From contig NW_027590123.1 in NCBI RefSeq assembly GCF_964213995.1, positions 1,674,001 to 1,738,000 of the forward strand: 64,000 nucleotides of DNA, in the 5' to 3' direction. This DNA comes from Mustelus asterias. Its lineage: Eukaryota. Shown piece after piece: positions 14,560 through 26,529 of this stretch. Numbering within the stretch: position 1 is the first letter of the stretch; each line of letters begins with the position of its first letter. The translations under genes and the position numbers were made by a program. The notes under the pieces are model-generated. The model searched no databases. It had not been told where the DNA came from and saw only the letters and a list, made by a program, of their open reading frames with translations.

Positions 14560-15440
14560 GTGAGGTACTGAGGAGGGTATCAAGGTCGCAGGAGTGTACA
14601 AGCAGACAGGAAGGTGGGTTGAAGTGTGTCTACTTCAATGCAAGGAGCATCCAGAATAAGGCAGGTGAACTTGGAGTGTGGATTGGTACTTGGGACTACG
14701 ATGTTGTGGCCATTACGGAGACATGGTTAGAACAGGGACAGGAATGGTTGTTGGAGGTTCTGGGGTATAGATGTTTCAGTAAGAGTAGGGAAGGTGGTAA
14801 AAGAGGTGGAGGAGGAGCATTGTTAATCAAGGATAGTTTAACGGCTGCAGAAAGACAGTTCGAGGGGGATCTGCCTACTGAGGTAATATGGGCTGAAGTT
14901 AGAAATAGGAAAGGAGCGGTCACGTTGTTAGGAGTTTCCTATAGGCCCCCAAATAGTAATAGAGATGTGGAGGAAGAAATTGCAAAGCAGATTATGGATA
15001 GGTGTGCAGGTCACAAGGTAGTTGTCATGGGTGACTTTAACTTTCCAAATATTGATTGGAACCTTTATAGGTCAAATAGTTCGGATGGGGCAGTTTTTGT
15101 ACAGTGTGTGCAGGAGGGTTTCCTGACACAATATGTGGATAGGCCGACAAGAGGTGGGGCCACATTGGACTTGGCCCGTTTCATTACCCAGTACCAAGTG
15201 TTCGGTTTGTTTGTGGGAGAGCACTTTGGAGATAGTGACCACAATTCGGTGTCTTTCGTTATTGCAATGGAGAGGGATAGGCCATACGGCAGGGCAAGGT
15301 TTACAATTGGGGGAGGTGTAATTATGATGCGATTATTTTGATGCAGCGAATGGTAATGACCTGGAACTCACTGCCTACGAGGGTGGAGGAAGTGGAGACA
15401 ATAAACAATTACAACTGAAATTGGATGGGCGTTTGGGGCA
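14560..15440 (+). mobile_element. CR1-type LINE ORF2 fragment (apurinic endonuclease domain)
   Basis: YFNARSI, AITETWL, YRPPN, MGDFNFPNIDW, DSDH motifs. Confidence 0.9.
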
Positions 15441-15700
15441 TTTCAAAAATAAATGCTGACTAAATATCTCTGAACTTCCTAACACCCTGTCACTCTGTGA
15501 TCCTTGTGAAATTTGAATTCAGGTATTTGCAACAAGACTCAAAGAGCATCAGCCCACTGGAGGCAAAGTTGTGAGACCGGCCAGTCCAACAGAAAGAAAC
15601 CCTCCGACCCTCCTCAATGACCAACTGTGAGACTGAACAAAATGCAGTCCCGGATGTAATTGAGAGCAGAAACAATAACAGCAGACTGTAATCCCCATAT

Positions 15701-16181
15701 TCACTTCTGAACTCGCTGGTGTCTCAGCAGGGTGGATGAATTACAATGTCCCTTCCCACACTGAGAACAGGTGAATGGCCTCTCCCCGGTGTGAACTCGC
15801 TGGTATCTCCGCAGATTCGATAACTGAGTGAATCTTTTCCCACATGCAGAGCAGTTGAATGGCCTCTCCCCTGTGTGAACTCGCTGGTGTTTCTGTAGGT
15901 TGGATGACTTACTGAATCCCTTCCTACACTGAAAGCAGCTGTATGGTCTCTCCTCTGTGTGATCTCGCTGGCGTGTCTGCAGGCTTCATATCCGAGTAAA
16001 TCCCTTCCCACACTGACAGCAGGTGAATGCACTCTCACCAGTGTGAACTTGCTGGTGTCTCTGCAGAGTGGATGAATCAGTGAATCCCTTCCCACACACC
16101 CAGCAGGTGAACGGCCTCTCCCCAGTGTGGGTGTGCCGATGAGCTTCCAGTGGAGAGGGCACTTTGTATCTCTTCCCAGTG
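15701..16181 (-). pseudogene. C2H2 zinc-finger array pseudogene fragment (~5 fingers, HTGERPF linkers)
   Basis: One frame with an in-frame TGA at 15986-15988, His->Arg and His->Tyr in two fingers, ending HQRVQK*; 5' end cut by an LTR-like sequence. Confidence 0.88.
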
Positions 16182-16775
16182 TGTTGTGCCTGATTCAATC
16201 GACAAACAGTTTATTGAGTTACGCCAGCGGGGAGAAGCCACAGGGGCTTACCATGTGTAACTCCACCCAACAAAGAATATCATCAATTCTTATACAGTTA
16301 CTCAGCCCATCCCGGCTGGACACAATCCAATCAGAATGGTGATAGATTACGTACATTATCGGTTCAATAAAATTAGTATCTGGGCATTATGGGGCTTTGT
16401 GATCATCTCATGGACAGATAGGTGCCCCCATCATGGTGCTTTCCAGGTCCCCCTTGGGGCGGGGGGGGGGGTCTTTCTTGGGCTTTCTTTGTACATAGAC
16501 TCCCTTAGTTCGAAATGGGGTGGATTAGAAGTTCTCAAATGGACGTCAGCAGACTTCCTTTGTTTTAATCTAATGACCACATGATCTGGTAACATTTCTA
16601 TTTAATACTCTCTCTTTTTAAACTCTTTTCATCAGTATCCAATTCCAGAATTTTCCTTTTCTTTGTGTTACTTGCGTCAGGAATAAATCTTTGGACCTGA
16701 CAGGAAGTTTAACCCAAGATCAATCCAACACAGGGTTGGTCAGAATCATTTCACATGTGTCAAATTTTAAATAAC
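16182..16775 (-). mobile_element. Probable ERV-like LTR fragment
   Basis: Minus strand has ATTGG (16327-16331), TATAAG (16289-16294), AATAAA (16210-16215) and ends ...AACA at 16182. Confidence 0.5.
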
Positions 16776-18543
16776 TGTGGTGAACCATCGTTGGTTCCCA
16801 CTGGATAGTACTGAGCCAGGGTCTGGCCAGTACTACAAGAATGTACATATGTTACTGTTGGGTTGTGCTACTTGTTGCTGTTGGGGTTAGGGTGGGGTTG
16901 TTACACCTTTGTACTGTAGTGTTGTGGTACATCCCAGTCGGGCTCCGCCTCCTGGGAGAGGTATAAAAGTCCCTGCTTTGGCTGGGACCCCTTCAGTCTG
17001 GGATAGTGTATATAATTATTGGCTGCTTCATTTCAGTAAGTGAAAGCCTTTTATTTCCCGAGCATCTGGCCTCGTGTTTGAGAAGCGCATCAATTTTATT
17101 TACTGCTGTTAAACTCTCGTCGAAGCGAAAAAAAAAAAGACAGTATGGAGCAGATCCTGAAGCCGGAACGCCTTACACTAGATCCACGTGTGGTGGGCGC
17201 TTCAAACACCTTCGACCACTGGCTGAAGTGCTTCGAAGACTACCTGGCAGCCTCCGCAGTGGTCACCACAGATGATGACAGACTCCGGGTCCTCCATGCG
17301 AGGGTAAGCGACACTGTCTACCTCGCGATCCGTGCGGCCACCGATTATACTAAGGCCCTCGAGCTTCTGAAGAAGCGTTATGTCAAACCACCCAATGAAA
17401 TACACGCTCGTTACCTCCTAGCCACTCGACGACGGCAGTCTGGCGAAACGATGGAGGAATATGCGAACGAGCTCCTACAGCTAGCCAGGGGCTGTAACTG
17501 CAAAGCTGTGTCGGCTGAGCAGAGCATGAACGACCTCGCCCGAGATGCGTTTGTGGCAGGAGGTGGATCGTCGTACATTCGACTTAAACTATTGGAGAAG
17601 GGTAACCTTAACCTTACCCAGGCAATCGAGCTAGCGGAGATGCTCGAGACAGCCTCCAAAAGCTTAGTATTATATCCGGAGGACCATGTGGAGACAACGT
17701 GGCAGGAGCAGTCGCCAATCCCTCCTCGTCCCTCGGGTTCGAAATGCTGCGTAATGGTGTGCTCACACTCGGGCCAGACGACGGCAGCAGCTCAGGGCAG
17801 CCCGCGGTGCTACTTCTGTGGGGGAGCGAAGCATGCTCGGCAATGGTGTCCCGCTAAGGCTGTGTTGTGCACCGCATGCGGTAAGAAAGGGCACTATTCG
17901 AAAGTGTGCCGATCTAAACCTAGGAATGGCAGTGCGGCCTGCAATTCTTCAGAGCTCGGGTCTTCGTCGTCGAAGTCATCAAGGGGTTCGTCCACGTGCG
18001 AGGCCAGGACGACGCCATTACGGTCGACGGAGTCGGAGGTGTGTGACCACCAGGGGTCACTGAGTTTGGCGCCATCACCCACGTGCGACTCATTGGAGCG
18101 GCCATGTTGGTCGGCACTGACCGCGAACGACCAGCAGGGTACCTCCTCATCGATTTCAGCTGCCTGCAGTGGCGCTCATGAACCAACGGTGGCGTCGATC
18201 ATCCTAGACCAGGCCAAGCCTCATAGACTTGACAAATCTATGATGAATATCCAGGTAAATGACCACGTGATTTATTGTCTGTTTGAAAGCGGGAGCACTG
18301 AGAGCTTTATCCACAGAGACACTGTGAAGCGGTGTGGACTCCAGATTCAACCTGCCAAACAGACAATCTCTATGGCATCGAGGTCCCGGTCTGTCACCGT
18401 GCTAGGGAGTTGCGTGGTAACTTTGAAGGTGCAAGGCACAGTTTACGAGCGTTTCAAGCTCCTAGTGTTGCTGTATCTTTGTGCGCCAATACTTCTCGGA
18501 CTAAACTTCATGGTCCAGTTGAGGAGTGTAACCCTCCAGTACG
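16776..18543 (+). mobile_element. 3'-truncated Ty3/Gypsy LTR retrotransposon: LTR 16776-17092, gag-protease ORF from 17145
   Basis: TG...CA LTR with TATAAAA; ORF has two CX2CX4HX4C knuckles and an aspartic protease motif LFESGSTESFI...ILLGLNF; no RT or second LTR. Confidence 0.85.
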
Positions 18544-19146
18544 GTATAGAGAGATACACTCTGTTAACCCACGCTGCAGCGACACTGATAGTGTTTTTAA
18601 GGGACAGTGTATAGGAAACTATCTTCTGCCACACACTTAGTGGGTTAGTGAGTAAATATGTAGGGATATGGGTGGGATTAGTGGGTAAATATGTAGGGAT
18701 ACGGGTGGGATTGTGGTCGGTGCAGACTCGATGGGCCGAATGGCCTCTTTCTGTGCTGTAGGGTTTCTAAGATTCTAAGATTCACTGTCCTGCATCGGCC
18801 TCGAATGAATGAGCCTTTTGCTGTTTAGAATTACCTGAAACTCGTCAGTGACAGACCAGTTTATGCGTGAAATCACCGCGGTTCTCCTCATTATTCATTC
18901 ATTCTGTATCTGGATTTTATCATAAAAAGGCAGAGATGAAGGTGTATTTACACGGATGGGTCACTGGGTGGCGCAGTGACTCTTTCACGAAAGGGCATTG
19001 AGTTCAACCACATCCCACATATGACTGGGGAAAATCCCTGTCTGGGAAAGAGGGGACACCGTGTAATAGGGAAAATGGGGCGGAGTTGATGTGTTTTGGA
19101 GAACGGAATAAAGCCAAGCCAGAGATGGTTAAAATTTCATTCAATA

Positions 19147-19152
19147 TTTATT
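19147..19152 (-). promoter_or_regulatory. Probable membrane-form polyadenylation signal
   Basis: First AATAAA I found on the minus strand downstream of TM2. Confidence 0.6.
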
Positions 19153-19605
19153 TTAAAAATTCAGAGAACATTTTACACCAACATTATTTTTTTAAAGTTA
19201 GAAAAGTGAACATAACGATCGAGCTTCACATTGAGAACACAACACATGCACAGGGAATCCGTCAATATTTGTACATCTGTTACATACACCAGAAAGAGAA
19301 AACAGGACCTTAATAGAAAGAGGAATTAACAAATAAGGATAAGGAATGAGAAAAGTTTCTTATTTATACATGATATTTAAACTATGGGGAAACTGTTAAC
19401 CACAATTACATTATAACAAAAAATGCCTCGTACTTTTCACTCTGAAAACTGAAATACCGTCTACGATTGTCTCAGTTACAGATTCAGAATGATAAACTGA
19501 GAGAATTTTACTGATAGAGTCACCAAGGGCAGATATTGTATTTGTGTCATACGGAGATCATAATAATCAGCTGAGGGAAATCTGCAGCATCCAAAATTCA
19601 ACCCA

Positions 19606-19614
19606 TCACTTGAT
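19606..19614 (-). CDS. IGHM: IgM TM2 exon coding part (IK*), giving cytoplasmic tail KIK
   Basis: Strong acceptor TATCTTTCTTTTACAG|ATC AAG TGA after a 140-nt intron. Confidence 0.88.
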   Translation of the reverse strand: MK

Positions 19615-19754
19615 CTGTAAAAGAAAGATACAATAATGAAGCAGATGTTTATGATGCGGGACATTAAAGTTAAAGTTTTTAATCAGTGGAACATTGAGAG
19701 ATTTTTCAAATCCATTCTGTCAGTTTGATATGTGAGTGCATTCAATCATCTCAC

Positions 19755-19882
19755 CTTCACCAGAGTGACCGCAGTGCTGTAGAAAATGCTCAGGAAGAAC
19801 AGGACAATGAATGTGGAAGCCGTTGTCCAGATGTTACTGTTATCATCCTCATTGTCTTCAATCCAGATGCGGTCGGTGGAGT
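19755..19882 (-). CDS. IGHM: IgM transmembrane exon TM1
   Basis: Acceptor TCCGTCCCCTAG; DSTDRIWIEDNEDDNSNIWTTASTFIVLFFLSIFYSTAVTLVK (acidic spacer plus conserved antigen-receptor TM motif); donor AAG|GTGAG. Absent from the ORF track. Confidence 0.95.
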
Positions 19883-20439
19883 CTAGGGGACGGAGACCAG
19901 GGTATGAAATTAGATTACTTTATTTATCCAGGTAATCTTATTGTTATTTTTCTTTTCCCCGTTCTCCTTTTTAAACTGTTCATTTATTCTTGAACTTAAT
20001 TTTCAATGTATACCGACTCTTAAGCTCAGGACACTCAGTAACCGATCTCCGTAACTATTTTCACACCTGATCTTTATTGACATTCCTTGGACAGTCCATG
20101 TCAGAAAGCACTGAAGATGTTTTCTTGAAAATCAGTTGATTTTTTGACAATTCGGAACTATCCCTTATTGAAGAATATTATGACTGATATCGAGGAACGT
20201 TCATTGATCAATGATTGTTTTCACAGATGGTTACTGATCTATAAACTGTAAATGTTGTTGTTTAAGACTTGGGATGTAATTTCCGATCTGTGCTTCTTTA
20301 TGGTGGAAATGTTTAGTAGATCGTGAGCTTAATTCAGTTTCTCAGCGTGTTTATCTGTTCATTGTACATTGGGATAATAAATCTGTGGATATCTCCATTA
20401 AAAAGTCACGTTTAAATTGTACTTTCATCATTTGCCTAC

Positions 20440-21486
20440 CATTTGTATAGAAGATTTTGCATTTGTGTGCGTGTGCATGAGCATCTCGTGCTCTGCATTA
20501 ATCTTTGGCTCTGAGTTAATATGTGTTTATGAGTGTTAATGTGCGCGTTCATTTGCCAGTGATTGTTGATTTGTGTAGTTGTGTGTCTGCATCTGTGCGC
20601 ATATTTTATTCTTTTGTCATTGTGTATATATGACTCTATTATTGTGTGAAGTCTATGAATATATATTAATGCCACTATTAATGCGTGCACATATGTTTAT
20701 GCCTATTGCTATGTGTTAATTTCTGTCACTCTAATAATGTTTGTTTCCCTTTCTGTGGAGTTGCCGGCGTTGGACTGGGGTCGGCACAATAAGTAGTCTC
20801 ACAACACCAGGTTAAAGTCCAACAGGTTTATTTGGTTGCACGAGCTTTCGGAGCGTTGCCCCTTCATCAGGTGACTACTTACTGTTTCCCTTTCTGTGTG
20901 CGTCTGTTTCTCCATGTGTCTGTGTGCACGCCTGTTAACATGTCAGTGTATGTATACACGCGATAACATTCTTTATAACGGTGCGTTGATGTATATTTGT
21001 GTTTCGATGTGCAGTAATGTGTGCTATGGTGTTCTGTTCTATGAGCATGTTAATGTTTGCGTCTACATGTTTGTGTGTAAATGTTTTGCTGTCTGTTCTT
21101 CTATATGCAGTCTGGTGATTTGTTTATATGTATTTCCATATATGTTTGTGAATGTGTATAACATTGTGTGTCTTTATATCTACATTCCTATCAGCGTGAA
21201 CGTGTGCTAATATATGTATTTATTTGAGTCTAAGTATGTGCTTGTGTATTTATATGGGTCTGCATGCGTGTGTATCTGTCTGTATTGTGTCTATGCATGT
21301 ATGTGTTTGTGTTTGGGTCTGTACCTACTCAAGAATGTGTACGTGTATGTACTTGTGTTTCATGTGTACATGTGTGCGTTTGTACATATTTGATTATGTA
21401 TGTGTATGTTGTTGTTTTAGTGTCTGTTTGCCCAAAAGCGCGTGTCTATGTGTTCGTATGTGTGTGTGTGTATGTGTCCGTCTGTA

Positions 21487-21529
<43 letters not shown>

Positions 21530-22020
21530 ATGGGTGTGTCCCTATGTATATTTGTGTACGGATGTGTTTGGGTATGGGTGTATTTTTGTGTGGGTGTATT
21601 TGCGTAAGTGTGTATTTCTGTTTGTGCATGGTTTGCCCATGAGTGCATTTGTGTGTGCATTCTTGTTTCTCTGCATGTGTGTTCATCTGTGCAAGTATTG
21701 AGTGTACCTATGGTGTGTGAAAGTGTATCTGTTGTGTATTTGTGTGTTTCTGTGTCTGTATTTGAATGTGCCTGTCCCTATTTCTGTATATGTATGTGTG
21801 TGGGGGTATATGCATGCGTTTGTGTGTGTATATTTATATGTGTCTTTCTGTATTTGTGTGCATATGTGTGAGTATGTGTATTTGTGTGTGTAGTTGTGCA
21901 TTTGTGTCGATGTGTGTGTGTGTGTGTATGTGTGTGAGTGTGAGTGTGAGTGTGTGTGTGCGCTTATGTGTGTATTTATAATTGTGACAGTTTTGTGGAG
22001 TATTGTCAGTGTGTGTATTT
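20440..22020. repeat. Degenerate (TG)n/(CA)n low-complexity tract in the Cmu4-TM1 intron
   Basis: Direct inspection; includes (TG)n(AG)n at ~21488-21529. Confidence 0.9.
20755..20875 (-). mobile_element. Penelope-like element end containing a minimal hammerhead ribozyme motif (20839-20873)
   Basis: Minus strand: CAC-CTGATGA-AGGGGC AAC GCTCC-GAAA-GCTC-GTG followed by AATAAA; degenerate plus-strand copy at ~27360-27480. Confidence 0.7.
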
Positions 22021-23079
22021 TTTAGCTGTTGCTCCCAGTTTCACCGCAATCATTAACTGAAAATGATCCAAACAATACGAATAATGGAGCATATTTTCAA
22101 TGTTTTGCTGTATGAATGTAGTTTATGTGAGTGGCACGGTGACATCAGGAGAACGAATGAAATCATTCATTGATGCATCTCAGAAACATCAGGGACAGAA
22201 CAGTAAAAACCGGGGAGGATTCAATCATTTGTTTCAATTTGCATTATGGGAAATCAATGCCAGGACATGATTAACAGGAACAAGAGTGCAGAAACATTTT
22301 TAAATTATGTTGCATAAGTATATATGCATCACATTGATTAAGATAATGATACTTCAAACTCTGCAGCAAATAAACCAGAAGCTAATTTGCACTGTTGGCA
22401 ACTGGGTTCTTCTAGTAGAAAGCTGGTCCCTTCCAAACACGTTACTTGCGAAGAGGGAGGAGAGTGAGCTCATAATCTCCCTCTCTCTACCCGGTGAAGC
22501 AATGTGCCTGATGGTTCTAACCACTGACGAGGTGGAGGTGAGTGGATTAAATAATGACATGCCTCCTCTTTTCATTGAGGAAGTGGTGGTACATGGGTTA
22601 GCTACTGCTCCTCCCCTCTCTTTGTTGGGTGAGTAGGAATCCGGTATGTTCACAATTTCACTCTCCCCTCTCTCTGATGGGGGGGATTGTTGCTCCATGT
22701 TTGTGTGTGACCCTCACTTCAGTTCCCAGTGGGTGTGGTGCAGCAGCTTAAAGCTGACATCAATGGTAAAGGCATGGACAATGAGAGAAGCAGGAACACC
22801 GAGATCTAAATTGTGTTTGTTTGTCAGAAATGTTGAAATTGTCAGATTTCTCCTCAGTGAGAGGAAAGTCGGTGAAGATATTTTGCAGAATACTGTAATG
22901 AATGTGCTCTACTCTGTCTCTAACCCAGGGTGTATCTGAGCTGGGTGCACTGGTTCAACAAGGCTTGAGCCCGAGACGTGAAAATACCTGACTCAAACCA
23001 AAGATACATAGTGGAAGTAAAATTGAAAACCAATCAATTAAGCAATTGGGTATTTCATTTATCGTTGGAGGAAAAAGAT

Positions 23080-23094
23080 TTTATTCTTTTTATT
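23080..23094 (-). promoter_or_regulatory. Secretory-form polyadenylation signals (two AATAAA)
   Basis: TTTATT on plus at 23080-23085 and 23089-23094, about 30-40 nt past the stop. Confidence 0.8.
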
Positions 23095-23121
23095 GAAGTT
23101 TTTAATGTAACCGAGTGATTC

Positions 23122-23513
23122 TCATTGACATGAATTAACGGTGTCCATCAGTGCAAGGGAAATGTTCACAAAACTGGGTTTACCGCTGGATTTGTCAACT
23201 GTTCTGTTGATGATCTTCAAGGGGATGGCTTCATGTCCCACCACACAGGAGTAAGAAGCGCCGCTGGACCACTCCTCTGCTGCAATGGATAACAGGCTGT
23301 ACATGAAGAAGGAGCTATTCCCGCTCTCCGCGACCACCTCGGTGTTCTTATAGTTCCCAGGATTCACCGGCTTGTCGTTGACGGTCCACTTGACGAAGAT
23401 CTCTCGAGGGGAGAAACGTCTCACTAAGCAGCTGAGGGAGACGAATCTCTGAGCGGAGACTTCTTCTGCCGAGGGCAGGAGGACAGAGACGAACGGTTCC
23501 CGCGGATTTGGAT
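23122..23513 (-). CDS. IGHM: IgM Cmu4 exon plus secretory tailpiece (internal donor after 23184 for the membrane form)
   Basis: Acceptor TTTTCTGCAG; ...[19 protein letters not shown]...[23 protein letters not shown]|[20 protein letters not shown]; tailpiece N-glycan site and penultimate Cys; donor AGCG|GTAAA. Confidence 0.97.
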
Positions 23514-24015
23514 CTGCAGAAAATGTACAATAAATGTCAATAAACTGGAGAATTCTGGAGACAATGAAACTGCTGGCTAGATATCAGAAAAATGTGCTTC
23601 GTTTCGATTTTAAATGTTTCCATTTTTGACTTCCAGTTTGGAGCAGAGGTGAACACAATTATTTTCTCAAATAACTCAGGGGGCTGGACTGGGAAGTTTC
23701 AGAAATTTTACAGCACAGAATCAGGCTTTTCAGGCCCAACTGATCGGCTTTATTTTTGGTTTTCTGGTTTTTATGCTCCACATCAGGCTCCTCCTTCGTT
23801 ATTCGATCTAAACCCAATAACATCGCCTTCAGTTCACTTTTCATTCATCAACACATCAAATTTCCCCGTAAAAATATCTACAACCCCCAGTTTTTAGTTA
23901 GTAGAGTTTCCACTCAGGGGACACCATTAATGCACTGAATACTGAATATTGACCAGTACACTTACACTGGAAATAGATATAGTGACGCATTTATTGCTTC
24001 AATCTCTCAGCTCAC

Positions 24016-24324
24016 CTGTTTCCTTGTGGATGGATTTTCTTAAAGGAGTCGGCAGATCCTGATGGCTCACCACGCAGTCAAACACAGCCGCACTCAGCCA
24101 GGCTTGTGTCGAGATGTTTAAGTTGCTGACCACGCTGTCAGGATCCGCTCCTGGCTTTTCGGCAATCTCTGATTTCAAATATTTCCTGTCTCGGATCCAG
24201 GACACGTTGACTCCATAGGGAGCATTAGAAATGATGCAGGTTAAGGTCACTGTTGCCTCCAGTAAGACCTGTTCTATTGGTGGTGGCTGTATGGTCACTG
24301 TGGTATCAGGGCACTGGGGAGGAT
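24016..24324 (-). CDS. IGHM: IgM Cmu3 exon
   Basis: Acceptor TCATTCACAG; 309 nt; [30 protein letters not shown]...VSW...[22 protein letters not shown]; donor G|GTGAG. Confidence 0.95.
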
Positions 24325-24769
24325 CTGTGAATGACAAATGAAAATCAACCCTAGTTCCCTCTTCAGAAGCAAGACAGCAGTCTTCAGCCTGAAGGAGACG
24401 AAGTTGCCTTCGATATATCAACCTCTAACTATCACCTTTCAACCTCTCTGGAGGATGGAAAACCAGCCTGCCAAGTGAAATTATTCTCTTTTTGTTCAAG
24501 TAGTTTAGCAGCGGTATCATTCTCATGAATCAACATTGCAGTATTCCCCAACAAATATACCATTCCTGAACTCAGGAACCAAGTACTGGCAGTTAGTTTA
24601 TAAGTAGGGTGGATGCACTTCCCAATATTTTACCCCTATGCTGCGACCTGTGAAACAGTCCGACACCGACTGTCTCTCCAAATCTTACCAGCTGTCTCAG
24701 GAAAAACCTGACATCAAGACCACCTCGCTTACTATGTTACTTCAAAATTGAAGGGAACACTACTTCAAG

Positions 24770-25065
24770 GGGAGACAGTGGCATGGTGGTGTTACCAATG
24801 GTCTTGTAACCCAGGGCACGACTCTGGGGATACAGATTCGAATCTCACCACTGCAAATGGTGAAATTTGAATTTAGTAAAAATCTATCATTAAAAGTCAA
24901 ATGATCATCATGAAGCCATTGTTGTAAAAACCCACCTGGTTCACGAATGCCCTTTAGAAAAGTAAATCTGCTGTCTTTATCTGGCCTGGCATGCATGTGA
25001 CTCCAGATCCACAGCAATGTGGTTGACACTTAAGTGCCCTGAGGGATGGGAAATAAATGCACATC
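24770..25065 (+). mobile_element. DeuSINE-like SINE in the Cmu2-Cmu3 intron
   Basis: tRNA-like head plus GTGACTCCAGA.CCACAGCAATGTGGTTGAC core; related copies at ~41540-41850(-), 50170-50490(+), 52110-52450(-), 63590-63820(-). Confidence 0.65.
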
Positions 25066-25244
25066 TCAGGAAGGAATAACAAAAATTGCTGTTGTGATGA
25101 AATTCTGAATGGGGCACTGTCCTAATGCAGCAAACGACATGACAGCAAATTAGAAGTTGTTCTATCTTTGTACTAACTTTAATAGACCCCTAATTCCGAT
25201 TAACATCGGAATGGTATATTTTATCGTCGGTTTGAGTCTCTTAC

Positions 25245-25556
25245 CCAGAGATCCGCTGATGTTCTGACTCTGGGTGAATCCTTGATGAGTGACCTGGCAG
25301 GTATAGACTACTTTGCTGAACCATTCCTGAGCGGAGACTGTCAGCCGACTGCTGGCCGAGAAGTTCCCGTTCACTTCACAGGCGGGAGAGGTGATAATTC
25401 CTGAATCCATGGGTTGTCCATTCTTCAGCCACTCCACCGTCATTGACTTTGGCTGGAAATCCATGATTGAACAGACGATGGTTGCAAATTTTCTGCTGGT
25501 GATTTCTTCACTGGAACTCACGGTGAGGATAACGGTTGGGGGGAGAACGCGTGGGC
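25245..25556 (-). CDS. IGHM: IgM Cmu2 exon
   Basis: Acceptor TTTGTTTGTTGAAG; 312 nt; [12 protein letters not shown]...[23 protein letters not shown]...YTCQVTHQG; donor G|GTAAG. Confidence 0.95.
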
Positions 25557-25659
25557 CTTCAACAAACAAATGTTCAGACGTTACTTGAAGATTCAATTGA
25601 CATCAATTAAAATTAGTTCTTTTATTTGAGCACCACAGCTGCCGATTTCAGAATCATAT

Positions 25660-26390
25660 CCATGGTTTGGTTGAATTGGCAGGGAAATGGCGAATGGAAT
25701 TCAACCGTCAAAAGCGCCACACAATGCATTTGGGGAGGGAAAACAAAGCAAGGCAATAAACTGGAATGTTAAGAGGGATTGAGGAAATGCAAGACCTTAG
25801 AGTGCACGTCCACAGGTCCTTGTAGATGGTAGGGCAGCTGGAAAAGTTGATCAAGAAAGCATATCAGATTAGTTCCTCTATTATGTGAGATATTGAATGC
25901 AAAAACAGTGATACAATGATGGAGCTGTATAAAACGCTAGTTAGGCCACGTTTGGAGTTTGCTGTACAGTTCTGGTCACCACGTTGCAGGAATAACGTAA
26001 TGACTCTGGAGAGAGATGAGGTTTACAAGAATGTTGCCAGGGACTGAAAATTCCCGCCATGAGGCGAGATTGGATCGGCAGGGTTTGTTCTCCTTAGGAA
26101 AAGAGGAGGCTGAGGCGTGACATAATTGTGGTTCACAACAAAAATAAGGGACGTAGGCAAAAATAATTCATTCCCCAAGTGGAGGGCTCAATTACCAGGG
26201 AGCATGGTCATTTAAAAGGCATCTGGGTCTGCATCTCAAGTGCTTTAAGCTGCAATGCTACGGAGCAAGGGCTGGAAAATAGGCTTACTTTGTCAGGCTC
26301 GTTTATTTGTTCTCCCTTTTGGCCAGCACAGACATGATGGGCCAAATGGCCTCATTCTGTACAGTAACATTTCTGTTGTTCTTTGGTTCT
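25660..26390 (+). mobile_element. CR1-type LINE fragment in the Cmu1-Cmu2 intron
   Basis: LYKTLVRPRLEFAVQFWSP motif and GGGCCAAATGGCCT tail. Confidence 0.8.
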
Positions 26391-26529
26391 GAGCAACTTT
26401 TCAGTCAGGAGGCACTTACCTGGATTTTGCATAATTCAATTTTTCAGAGTGCTACATATCAGTTATAACTAAAGCCTTATACAGTTCAATCAGAGCGTTC
26501 CTGTCTTGCCCAAGTTCCACAACACTTAC

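Noticed and set aside
19425-19460. Alternative TM2 candidate near TTTTCAGAGTGAAAAG
   Set aside because: Does not give a short VK* exon; the acceptor at 19615 gives IK* with a better pyrimidine tract.
20896-21981. Cys/Val- and His/Thr-rich ORFs
   Set aside because: Translations of TG/CA repeats.
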